From contig CAYZVJ010000004.1 of the NCBI GenBank assembly GCA_964481765.1, forward strand, positions 1 through 52,432: a stretch of 52,432 nucleotides of DNA, written 5' to 3'. The DNA is from an uncultured Rikenellaceae bacterium. GTDB lineage: Bacteria > Bacteroidota > Bacteroidia > Bacteroidales > VadinHA17. This document shows, in pieces, positions 1-8,666 of this stretch. The position numbers were made by a program, and so were the translations under genes. Position 1 is the first letter of the stretch. The number at the start of each line of letters is the position of its first letter. The notes beneath the pieces were generated by a model. That model worked only from the letters and a program-made list of their open reading frames with translations, searched no databases and was not told the origin of the DNA.

Positions 1-1466
1 GATCCTGTAAACATGCTGGTTCCGTTATCCTGCATTCCCCCAAGAGCAAGGGCAGGATCGGTTTGGGAGGAAGTAAAACCTGGATAAAACTGGGTTGTTA
101 CCAGTCCCCGGTTCAGATCCTGGAATGTCTTACCGCCATCTCTCGTCCTGTAGATCCCACCGTCGTTGCCGGCATAAAAAGTATTGGGATCGGTGGGATG
201 GTTGGCAAAAACGTGGTGATCGACGTGCATGCAGGTGGTATCCACCAGCCAGGCGTACTCGTCATCGATGTAATCGGTTATTTCCCAGCTATTTCCACGA
301 TCTTCCGAGTGACCGTAATAGATCTCCGTCTTGAAAAGTTTGGAGCTGTCTTCCGGGTTAACCCTTACGTAGTGTGCATACATCCCCATCGCATTTCCCA
401 TGTGTACCTGTGTAACCAGTGACCAGTGCTCCCCATGATCATCACTTCTGTAAAGACCGATGTAATCCGTTAAATTGGAAATATCGGCATACAGGATCGC
501 CGGATTTGCCCGGTAGATATCCAACAGCACTTTGCCGGTCCAGGATGAAGGCAGCCCGTTTGTAAGCTTTTCCCAGTTATCCCCCCCATCGAATGAACGG
601 TAAATACCGGTTCCATCAGAGCCCGCATTTCCACAGGAAACGTAAAGTGTATCGGGTTGTTGCGGGTTGATCACAATGTCCATTGCCATCAATACCGGGT
701 GAACCTTAGCCCATTGTTTACCCCCATTGATTGTCCGGTAGGTTCCTTCCGTAGTCCCTGCATACACAATACTGGTATTGTGCGGATTGATCTCAATGCA
801 TTGAACTCCCCTGGATTGATAGTATGACCAGTCGAGCGATTTTGTCCATGTATTTCCTCCGTCGACGGATTTCAGGATCCCGATGCCATAGGTATACATG
901 GTTCGCAACAGCCTTACCTGGAAATCCTTATGAAAATGGGCTTCTCCGGTACCAATATAAATGATATCGGAATTATCAGGATTAACGGCAATGGAACGCA
1001 CGCCGAGAACCGGTTCACCGGTTTCGATCCTTTCCCACTGGTAATCATATGCCCCCTCACCGGTAATGGTCAGTTTCCATAGTCCGCCGGTAGCTGATCC
1101 TGCCCACACCCTGTTGGGATTATTGGGATCCACTGCAAGTCCCAGCATCCGTCCTGCCAGGTTAAAGGGACCGATGCTTTTCCAAAGATTCGCATCTCCT
1201 GCCTTGGTGGTATATTCTGTTTGTTTTTTGGCGTGAAGGAAAGCGTTATAAAAACCCGCTTCCGGGATATCCTGGTAAGCGCGTAAATCGGAAAGGAGTG
1301 GCAATTCCTCACGATCAATGATCTCTTCCTGGAAAAGAGGATGGTAGGATGCAGGGGATTTACAGAACCAATGTCTGACATGAATTCCCTTATCTGCCTG
1401 AAATAAACCCATAAAGCATAAGATGAGAAGAGCCAGGCTGGTTTTGTAAATCAGGCGATTGTTCAT
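1..1466 (-). CDS. BNR/Asp-box repeat (sialidase-like beta-propeller) secreted protein, partial; the C-terminal part lies beyond the window start
   Basis: Absent from the ORF track because it has no stop inside the window. My translation of the minus strand from the ATG at 1466-1464 gives a signal-like N-terminus, MNNRLIYKTSLALLILCFMG. The frame then stays open to position 1 and contains six Asp-box motifs: SVDGGNTW, TINGGKQW, SFDGGDNW, SDDHGEHW, SEDRGNSW, TRDGGKTF. Confidence 0.8.
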   Translation of the reverse strand, partial: MNNRLIYKTSLALLILCFMGLFQADKGIHVRHWFCKSPASYHPLFQEEIIDREELPLLSDLRAYQDIPEAGFYNAFLHAKKQTEYTTKAGDANLWKSIGPFNLAGRMLGLAVDPNNPNRVWAGSATGGLWKLTITGEGAYDYQWERIETGEPVLGVRSIAVNPDNSDIIYIGTGEAHFHKDFQVRLLRTMYTYGIGILKSVDGGNTWTKSLDWSYYQSRGVQCIEINPHNTSIVYAGTTEGTYRTINGGKQWAKVHPVLMAMDIVINPQQPDTLYVSCGNAGSDGTGIYRSFDGGDNWEKLTNGLPSSWTGKVLLDIYRANPAILYADISNLTDYIGLYRSDDHGEHWSLVTQVHMGNAMGMYAHYVRVNPEDSSKLFKTEIYYGHSEDRGNSWEITDYIDDEYAWLVDTTCMHVDHHVFANHPTDPNTFYAGNDGGIYRTRDGGKTFQDLNRGLVTTQFYPGFTSSQTDPALALGGMQDNGTSMFTG

Positions 1467-1607
1467 AAAAGCAAGGTACATAGAATTTTTAAGAATGCTT
1501 TCCACATCCAATCGAAAATAATGAGTCAGGTATGAATTCCGGCCGGTAAGGATGGGTACTGTTTCTTTCTACTTCGGGAGTATCATCCGCTACTAGGACC
1601 ATTGCAC

Positions 1608-1634
1608 AAAAAAAAAGCCCCGTATTTGCGGAGC
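1608..1634 (-). terminator. Rho-independent terminator downstream of the cold-shock gene
   Basis: On the minus strand: GCTCCG-caaata-CGGGGC hairpin (6 bp including one G-U) followed by a run of 9 T (plus-strand A-run 1608-1616). It sits about 30 nt after the csp stop at 1664. Confidence 0.6.
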
Positions 1635-1663
1635 TTCCAGACTAAATAAGCAAAAAATATAAA

Positions 1664-1855
1664 CTAAGCCAGTTTAACATTTACAGCATTTAATCCTTTT
1701 TTTCCTTGTTGAAGTTCGAAGGTAACCTCATCGTCTTCCCTGATCTGGTCAACAAGACCGGAAACATGAACGAAGTATTCTTCGTCAGATTCTGCATCTT
1801 TAATAAATCCATAACCTTTATGGTTATTAAAGAATTTTACTTTTCCTGATTTCAT
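1664..1855 (-). CDS. Cold-shock protein, CspA family
   Basis: 63 aa. MKSGKVKFFNNHKGYGFIKD... and FVHVSGL correspond to the RNP1/RNP2-like motifs of the CSD fold. Length is typical for the family. Confidence 0.95.
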   Translation of the reverse strand: MKSGKVKFFNNHKGYGFIKDAESDEEYFVHVSGLVDQIREDDEVTFELQQGKKGLNAVNVKLA

Positions 1856-1968
1856 AATAATTAAAAGTGTTTTGATTAATTGAATTGCAAAGATAGGTAA
1901 TTTAATGAATTTTGAAAGTATTTTGCTAGAATATTAGTCAGTTAATACGATGTTTCATACGATACGGG

Positions 1969-4221
1969 TCACTTCATTTTATATCTGAACCCGAGATAAA
2001 TGTTCCGTCCGAATATTGGTCCCCAGATCAGGGAGCTGTCAAAATAGGGACTGAACGGATCCTCGCTTGACAGAATCGGATTTTTCTGTTTAAAGTCAAA
2101 CAGGTTTTCCACACCCAGGTAAACCTCATACTTTTCCTTCCAGGTTTTTGAAACCTGTGCATTGACCAGGTAGTATGCAGGAGAATATTTTTCGAGCTGG
2201 TGCTTTTCGGGATTCGATGAAAGATCCGGGATACGTTTCTTACCCTGTCGGTTCAGGGTAAGATCAAATTTCCAGTATTTCCGGGTTTCATAGGCCATAT
2301 TCAGGAATCCACGATGTTGTGAAATCAGGGGTTTCTGAAGCAATTGATCCTGGTAGGTGGTTTTTACATCATACCAGCGATAGGCGATCCGCAGGTCAAG
2401 CCTGTTGGTCACCTCATAGTCGAACTGAGCCTGAAAACTGTTTGACCAGGATTTGCCATCCAGGTTATAAAACAGGACTTGCTGCGGACTGAAATCGTAA
2501 TCCATCACGATCTGATTTTCAAAATGTGTCCTGTAAAAATCAAGGCTGATAACACCACTCCTGTAATCGAGTGTGAAGGTTTGTGTCAGGTTCACTCCAT
2601 AGTTCCATGCCACTTCAGGATCCAGTCCGTAGGGTTTGTCTGAATTATCGCCCTGGATGATCACTTCCCGGGAGGTAGCCAGGATGGCATTGTTTTCAGC
2701 AAGGACATTTGCTGTCCGCTGTCCCCTGCCACCAGCCAACCGGAGGATTGTTCTGTCCGTTATCGGATAGCGAACAAACACTCTTGGGGTTATGAATGGT
2801 CCGAAAAGGTTGTGATAATCAGCGCGGATCCCGGCTACAAAGATGAATTTATCGAACGGGTTATAGGTATATTCAAAAAATGCGCCGGGAACAATTTCGG
2901 TCCGGTCATAATCATCCCCGTTCAGTGATTCCATGTAATCATCATACTGGATACTGGTTCCCGTTTTAAAGGTATGATTGGTATTACCGATGATACTCTG
3001 AAAGAGCAGGTTGGCATAGAAACTGGTTTGAACGGCCCGGTATTTGTTCAAACCGAACCACGATTCCTGGTGGTGGGTTACGCCGGAAAGTTGCAGTCCG
3101 GTGCTCTGCCATGTTTTCTTCTGGTTGATTTTCCCGATCTTTGCCCATCCCTCCAGCCGCTGCGTAAGGAGATCCATGCCCCAGTGATCGGTAAGTCCTA
3201 CATCCGTTTCAGGATCGAAGGCAACCTCTCCTCCCACTTTATTGATGTGGGTCCCCTTGATGCCGAACTGAAAATGGCCGCCCCGAGGACCATGAAATTC
3301 CCAACGGTTCAACAGAAGGTATTGCCTGGACAACGGATTATCAAGAAAACCATCATCATTCCTGTCGTGTTTAACAGATTCGTTACTACCGTGCAGCAGA
3401 AAGGCGGTACCCCACTGCTCATTGATTCCGATTTTAACATTGGCATTTGCTTCCACCCTGCCCATTCCATTGGCATACCCGTTCAGGTAGAGTTTATCCA
3501 TGGTTTCGGGCTTCCACAATTCAACGTTAATCTGTCCTGCAATGCTTTCATAACCATTCGATACAGAACCGGTTCCTTTTATGAGCTGGATCCCTTCAAT
3601 CCATGTTCCCGGGATATAGGTTAACCCGTAAATGGCGGATAATCCGCGGACATCAGGAATGACTTCACGGGTAATTTGAGTATAGGGCCCCGCCAATCCC
3701 AACATTTGTATCTGACGGGTCCCGGTTACAGCATCCGTGAAGCTGACATCCACAGAGGGATTTGTCTCAAAACTTTCGCTCAGGTTGCAGCAGGCTGCTT
3801 TCACCAGCTCTTTCTGCCCTATTTTCTCAACCTTCAGGGGTTCAAGATACCCGATCTTCGTACTTTTCTCCCTGTGAACAATCCTCAACTCATCGATTGA
3901 AACAGAGTTCAGTAACTCAACCGAAATATGCTCCTGATCAGAAACATCGATCGTATCCGACTGATAACCGACGTAACTTACTACCAGGTGAGTCTCACCC
4001 GGAAAGCGTTTCAGTTTGAAATTTCCATCCGGATCGGTTGTTGTACCGGCTAAGGTATTCAACCAGTAAACATTGGCTCCGATCAACGGCATTTCATCGC
4101 CCTGACCGGAATTCTCTGTCACCCTTCCTTCAATGTATTTACTCATCTGTTGTGCCTGCAGTCCTGAATGAAGAAAAGGGAGAAGAGAGATCAACAGTAA
4201 AACATGACGTGGTTTCATCAT
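1969..4221 (-). CDS. TonB-dependent receptor with N-terminal carboxypeptidase-regulatory-like domain
   Basis: 750 aa. Signal peptide MMKPRHVLLLISLLPFLHSGLQAQ. CarboxypepD_reg-like segment (GRVTE...PLIGANVYWLNT..GTTTDPDGNFKL). Plug-like region, then a long beta-barrel-type alternating sequence to the C-terminus. The start lies 1 nt after the stop of the upstream HMA gene. Confidence 0.9.
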   Translation of the reverse strand: MMKPRHVLLLISLLPFLHSGLQAQQMSKYIEGRVTENSGQGDEMPLIGANVYWLNTLAGTTTDPDGNFKLKRFPGETHLVVSYVGYQSDTIDVSDQEHISVELLNSVSIDELRIVHREKSTKIGYLEPLKVEKIGQKELVKAACCNLSESFETNPSVDVSFTDAVTGTRQIQMLGLAGPYTQITREVIPDVRGLSAIYGLTYIPGTWIEGIQLIKGTGSVSNGYESIAGQINVELWKPETMDKLYLNGYANGMGRVEANANVKIGINEQWGTAFLLHGSNESVKHDRNDDGFLDNPLSRQYLLLNRWEFHGPRGGHFQFGIKGTHINKVGGEVAFDPETDVGLTDHWGMDLLTQRLEGWAKIGKINQKKTWQSTGLQLSGVTHHQESWFGLNKYRAVQTSFYANLLFQSIIGNTNHTFKTGTSIQYDDYMESLNGDDYDRTEIVPGAFFEYTYNPFDKFIFVAGIRADYHNLFGPFITPRVFVRYPITDRTILRLAGGRGQRTANVLAENNAILATSREVIIQGDNSDKPYGLDPEVAWNYGVNLTQTFTLDYRSGVISLDFYRTHFENQIVMDYDFSPQQVLFYNLDGKSWSNSFQAQFDYEVTNRLDLRIAYRWYDVKTTYQDQLLQKPLISQHRGFLNMAYETRKYWKFDLTLNRQGKKRIPDLSSNPEKHQLEKYSPAYYLVNAQVSKTWKEKYEVYLGVENLFDFKQKNPILSSEDPFSPYFDSSLIWGPIFGRNIYLGFRYKMK

Positions 4222-4222
4222 C

Positions 4223-4585
4223 CTAATGTTTCCCGTCTCCGTCCCTGTAAAGGCAGCATGCAGGCAGCGTGTTGTATACTTCGTCTTTTGCCTTTACTTT
4301 TTCGGTATCATGTCCGGCTTCGGCTACTGCTTTGTGCAGATCGTCCAGGGTTACCTTGTCGATGCGGTAGATGACTTTCAATGTATCGGTCATCTTATCC
4401 CATTCAACAAACTTCACCCCTTTCATAAGGGCGGCATTTTCAATGCGCTCCTTGCACATGTTGCAATTGCCTTTGACAACAAATTTTTCCGTTACAATCT
4501 TTTTATCCTTGTCCTGCGCCGATACATCCATTATAGAAAATACCAGGGCAATAAATATCGTTATACTATATATGCTTGTTTTCAT
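4223..4585 (-). CDS. Exported heavy-metal-associated (HMA) domain protein
   Basis: I prefer the internal start MKTSIYSITIFIALVFSIMDVSAQ (signal peptide) over the ORF-track start at 4627. HMA-type CxxC metal site in VVKGNCNMCKERIENA, plus a C-terminal PACC motif. Confidence 0.8.
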   Translation of the reverse strand: MKTSIYSITIFIALVFSIMDVSAQDKDKKIVTEKFVVKGNCNMCKERIENAALMKGVKFVEWDKMTDTLKVIYRIDKVTLDDLHKAVAEAGHDTEKVKAKDEVYNTLPACCLYRDGDGKH

Positions 4586-4668
4586 TTTGATTTGTATTGG
4601 GTTAATAATAAAATACACCTCTCCCAACCGGCAATTACCGGTGAATCATAATTTAGAATGCATTTTTA

Positions 4669-5115
4669 CTAACCGTAAAAAGTAAGCGTACAATGGAGTA
4701 GCCACAAGGGTTGTGGGTTGGGTGGGGGTAGATCATAAAACCTGCGATTCTCGGCTGAATCATCGTCTTCCGATTCGGAACCGTGTACGGACGGATTTAA
4801 AACATGATCCTTCCCTGGAGGGGAATTCGTGGCTGTATTTATGGTAATCTGTTTATCCTCCAAATACTGTATTGAATAATGTTCATTGGAGCAGCACTCG
4901 CCTGTATTCTCCAATGAGCATGTTTTTTCAGGCAGCTCATGATTACAGCATTCCCGGATTCCCGACACCTCATGACAGCAGCAATCTTCAACAGACGGAA
5001 TGATTCCTATGGATACAATATCTCCCTTACAGAAATGTACATTAACGGGCACACCCATTAATGCAATCATGTATAAAAAAGAGAGTCCTGTGGCGATAAG
5101 CTGTTTCACAATCAT
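4669..5115 (-). CDS. Cys-rich membrane-anchored protein, resembling the Bacteroidota HYC_CC_PP family
   Basis: 148 aa. N-terminal TM segment (LIATGLSFLYMIALMGVPV) followed by HFC, CCCHE, ECCNHE, ECCSNEH and a C-terminal PPPNP. It sits directly upstream of the HMA and TonB-receptor genes on the same strand. The family name is from memory, not a search. Confidence 0.6.
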   Translation of the reverse strand: MIVKQLIATGLSFLYMIALMGVPVNVHFCKGDIVSIGIIPSVEDCCCHEVSGIRECCNHELPEKTCSLENTGECCSNEHYSIQYLEDKQITINTATNSPPGKDHVLNPSVHGSESEDDDSAENRRFYDLPPPNPQPLWLLHCTLTFYG

Positions 5116-5366
5116 TCAATTTTCGGATCGAATATAATGATTCTCCAGAAGGTAAGATCGAATTAATTTGGATGTTATTTATACTGTTATACAGAAAATA
5201 TGCCGGATTTTTCAGGGAGATTAAAATCAAGGGATCTCCCCAAGCACTTTGGAATTAACGAAGAATTGCTGTAAATTGGTTAAATAAACCAAACAGCGAC
5301 AACGCATATAAGGGATATAAACGCAATGCGTTTATCCGCTAGCTTTGGCAACAATAAATTTTATAC

Positions 5367-7112
5367 ATGATGAAGAATCCAACATTTACTCTGTTATTAA
5401 TACTATATCTAATTTTTCTGACACCAAGTATTAATGCTCAAAACAATGATAATTATTCAGAACTGATTAAAGAATGTGAAGATTTAATCATCAAAAAAAT
5501 GGAATCGGATCAAATAATTGGGGTAAGCGCCGCAATTATAGTTAATGATTCGGTTATCTGGAAAAAAGGGGTTGGTTACGCTGATAAAGACAATAATATT
5601 CCAATGACTATAAATACAGTTGTTAACATTGCTTCAGCCACAAAAACATTTACAGCCCTGGCAATAGTACAACTTCAGGAAAAGGGATTACTTGATATAA
5701 ACCAACCCCTGAATAAATACTTGCCTCAGTTTAATCCTCTAAAAAGGGGAGAGAATTTGGATAATCTGACTATTAAATCTGTTATCACTCATTCCTCTGG
5801 AATCCAGACTGATGTATTGAAAAACACTGACCTGGGATCAGGAAAATATACCGATGTTCTGGGATTTATCAATGAAACCTATTTATTGTATCCTCCGGGC
5901 TTGGTTGAATCTTATTCCAGTTCTGGCTATAACATCTTAGGGCATCTCATAAAAGAGGTGAGCAAGCAAGATTACTCTGAATATATTAAAAAAAGTATTT
6001 TCACTCCGCTTGGGATGAGTAATTCCGGCTTTATAATGGATTCCTTAAAAAATAGAACCAGGGTATATTCCGGAGGGAAAAGCATACATGACTTCGGTTT
6101 TAGTGGTATTGCATCAGGAGGCATTTATACTAACATCAATGATTTTATTAAATATGCGAGAGAATTAATGCATGCATATCATGGCATGAATTCTTCTTTA
6201 ATTAATACATCAACAATTCAGGAGATGTTTTCTCTTCAATCAGGCAATGTTATAATAGAGTCTAATAAAAAAGGATTGGGGTGGTATATGTTTAAAAATG
6301 ACTCGGTTTTTGCGGTCACTCATGCAGGAGACGCAGTAACCGGACACGCTGAAATATGTCTGATCCCTGAAAAAAATACAGCTGTTATGATTTTAATCAA
6401 TTCAGCCGAGGGCGAATCCCTGAGAAGAGACTTTTGTTTTAATTTCATAAATAAATTCGGATTAAGTGTTCCTGATATAATACCTCCCCAGGTTATAAAA
6501 GAAATACATAATGAAATTATGCCTGTAATTTTACCGGAAGGTATTTTAAAAAAACATGCCGGGGATTATTCCCAGGGATTTTCATATATAACTATTTCTG
6601 CACAAGATGACAAACTCATCGTCAACAGAGATGGCAATCAATTTAACATAATAGCATTGTCTGAAAATGAATTCGTACCATATGAAAAAACAGGGCAGGA
6701 TTCCCTGTCAATAAAAGATAATGAAAGATATTGCTTTATGGATTATGATAATTTTCATATTCTGTTCCATAAAGATGGCAATAACGAATCGAGGTTGGGA
6801 TACAGGTTGAATACATTTGATATACCATCAATAACAAAAAAACTAGGCGTATATGAACACTATGGTTACCAGTTAATAATGGGAGATACAAAATTTAAAG
6901 GAGCAGAATTGTCGATAGCCAATGATAGGATATTGATGCTGAACTTAATTTCTTATGATGGTGAGTACCCATTCCCGCTTAATGTAATATCTGATGAATA
7001 TGCAGTTACCAGTGGCCTGGGAACAGGATTTGGTTTTACTGTAAAATTTACGGAAGATGAAAAATATGACATAGTCGATTTCGGTGGAATAACGTTTAGA
7101 AAAGAAAAGTAA
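5367..7112 (+). CDS. Exported serine hydrolase, beta-lactamase/PBP4*-like fold, with an extra C-terminal domain
   Basis: 581 aa. Signal peptide MMKNPTFTLLLILYLIFLTPSINAQ. SxxK active-site motif SATKTF. YSSSGYN (Y-x-N-like) and HAGD (class C-like third motif region). About 200-aa C-terminal extension. Confidence 0.85.
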   Translation: MMKNPTFTLLLILYLIFLTPSINAQNNDNYSELIKECEDLIIKKMESDQIIGVSAAIIVNDSVIWKKGVGYADKDNNIPMTINTVVNIASATKTFTALAIVQLQEKGLLDINQPLNKYLPQFNPLKRGENLDNLTIKSVITHSSGIQTDVLKNTDLGSGKYTDVLGFINETYLLYPPGLVESYSSSGYNILGHLIKEVSKQDYSEYIKKSIFTPLGMSNSGFIMDSLKNRTRVYSGGKSIHDFGFSGIASGGIYTNINDFIKYARELMHAYHGMNSSLINTSTIQEMFSLQSGNVIIESNKKGLGWYMFKNDSVFAVTHAGDAVTGHAEICLIPEKNTAVMILINSAEGESLRRDFCFNFINKFGLSVPDIIPPQVIKEIHNEIMPVILPEGILKKHAGDYSQGFSYITISAQDDKLIVNRDGNQFNIIALSENEFVPYEKTGQDSLSIKDNERYCFMDYDNFHILFHKDGNNESRLGYRLNTFDIPSITKKLGVYEHYGYQLIMGDTKFKGAELSIANDRILMLNLISYDGEYPFPLNVISDEYAVTSGLGTGFGFTVKFTEDEKYDIVDFGGITFRKEK

Positions 7113-7218
7113 AGTAAAGTAAAAATAATAACAACAGCTAACATGCCGGTACCCGCCAAACGTTGGATACGATTGCATCATTACAAAGAATCAGGTATAT
7201 TCAGGACAATCCGGGAAA

Positions 7219-8415
7219 TTAATCCACTGATTCCAGCACCATATTAAGGAATTCACCCAGTTTTGATGGTTGAAGCCAGCGTGTGACGATAACCATGTCG
7301 TGTTCCTGATCAACAACGATGTAGTTGCCGCCAAATCCGGCAGCATAATAAACGGTTTCAGGAACACCTTCAAAGTTTCTATTACCCCTGTTCAGCCACC
7401 ACATGTATCCATAGCTTTCATTGGCAGTTGATGATTTCTGAACCTGCCTAACATAATCTTCGGAGATGAGTTGTTTACCCTCCCACTCACCATTTCTCAG
7501 AAACAATAATCCAAACCGTGCGTGATCCAATGTGCTGATAAACAAGCCTCCCCCGGAATGCCCTCCGCCACTAACCGATTGTACCCGGTATCCATCCATA
7601 TCCACCCATGAGGTTTCATATCCGTACCAACGCCAGGCTGAAGAAGCACCAATCGGGTCCATAATTTTCTCTTTAAGAACTAAAGGAAGTGATCTTCTCC
7701 AGACCTGCAGCAAGGAGTAGGCCAATACATTCACCCTGACATCGTTGTATTCAAAGACGGTTCCCGGTGTTTGAAGTTCTCTGGATCGCCACTCGTCGAT
7801 CCCTCCTTCCCCGGGAGGCCGATCTGCCCAGTCATGCATACCAAAAAGAGTACCTGACCAGTCGGAAGATTGTGTCAGCAAATGATCCCATGTGATTTTT
7901 GCATTGTGTACACCATCAAAAGTACCATCCCAAGCATACTCTATTACAGGATCATTCACATCCCTTATTAATCCGGCATCAATAGCGAGTCCTGCAACCG
8001 TTGACAGGTAGCTTTTTGTTACACTAAATGTCATATCCACCCTGTTTACATCTCCCCATTGCTCAACGATATATCCGTCCTTCACCACAACACCGGCAGG
8101 CCCTCCCCTTCTTTTAGTTGGTCCAACTATCTCAATGTAGGGCTCATAACCAAAAGATTGTAAAATGGCTATGCGCAGGTCTCTATCTCCGGAGTACTCA
8201 TTCGCTTTTGCAAAATCCACTGCTTCCGCCAGTTTTGTATCATCAAATCCCAGATTATCCGGATCCTTCCTTTCCCAGGATCCTTTTGGAGGAAAATAGA
8301 GTTTTTGTGTATATGCAGTAAAACAAACAGCCGCAAATAAAACCAATAGAACTGCATAGCGAATTTTGAAAAAGAATATTTTCATCTGTATAAACGTTAA
8401 AAACAGGTTTTTCAT
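7219..8415 (-). CDS. Exported serine hydrolase, beta-lactamase family
   Basis: 398 aa. A likely true start is the internal MKIFFFKIRYAVLLVLFAAVCFTAYTQ at 8385. SxxK motif SVTKSY. Remaining sequence is beta-lactamase-fold-like. Confidence 0.85.
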   Translation of the reverse strand: MKNLFLTFIQMKIFFFKIRYAVLLVLFAAVCFTAYTQKLYFPPKGSWERKDPDNLGFDDTKLAEAVDFAKANEYSGDRDLRIAILQSFGYEPYIEIVGPTKRRGGPAGVVVKDGYIVEQWGDVNRVDMTFSVTKSYLSTVAGLAIDAGLIRDVNDPVIEYAWDGTFDGVHNAKITWDHLLTQSSDWSGTLFGMHDWADRPPGEGGIDEWRSRELQTPGTVFEYNDVRVNVLAYSLLQVWRRSLPLVLKEKIMDPIGASSAWRWYGYETSWVDMDGYRVQSVSGGGHSGGGLFISTLDHARFGLLFLRNGEWEGKQLISEDYVRQVQKSSTANESYGYMWWLNRGNRNFEGVPETVYYAAGFGGNYIVVDQEHDMVIVTRWLQPSKLGEFLNMVLESVD

Positions 8416-8550
8416 TAAGATACAAGATACATTGAATAATCAAGTGGGCAAAACCCGTAAAGATTCCGGATTATTCATTACTCCTCTCTTTCAGGGATCC
8501 AGGAACTATTTCTCACTACTCAAAACTCACCTCTCTCCTCTTCTTTGACT

Positions 8551-8578
8551 GAGTGACGAGTGACGCGTAACGAGTGAC
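8551..8578. repeat. Short heptamer repeat cluster (GAGTGAC x3) around an ACGCGT palindrome
   Basis: GAGTGAC at 8551-8557, 8558-8564 and 8572-8578. Intergenic, between the transporter stop (8667) and the hydrolase start. Confidence 0.5.
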
Positions 8579-8666
8579 TAGAATCAGTTTACTATAATAA
8601 TAATTTAGCCTCAGCCTTCTTTGTCCGCCGTAGCTTCAGCAAAGGCGGAAGCCTTAGCCTATCTAT

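Noticed and set aside
63-422. Plus-strand ORFs 63-422 and 95-334, and minus-strand ORF 1070-1381.
   Set aside because: All lie inside, antisense to or out of frame with, the long uninterrupted minus-strand BNR-repeat reading frame (1-1466). That frame has clear repeated Asp-box motifs and a signal peptide.
2974-3624. 216-aa plus-strand ORF inside the TonB-dependent receptor gene, with neighbouring antisense ORFs 3676-4226.
   Set aside because: Shadow ORFs antisense to a well-supported 750-aa receptor gene. The translations are low-complexity and match no family.
8551-8578. Heptamer repeats at 8551-8578, the 10-bp array at 38871-38930 and the GTTTTAT x3 at 31087-31107 as possible CRISPR arrays.
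   Set aside because: The repeat units are 7-10 bp with no spacers. There are no 25-40-bp repeats separated by unique spacers and no cas genes in the window.
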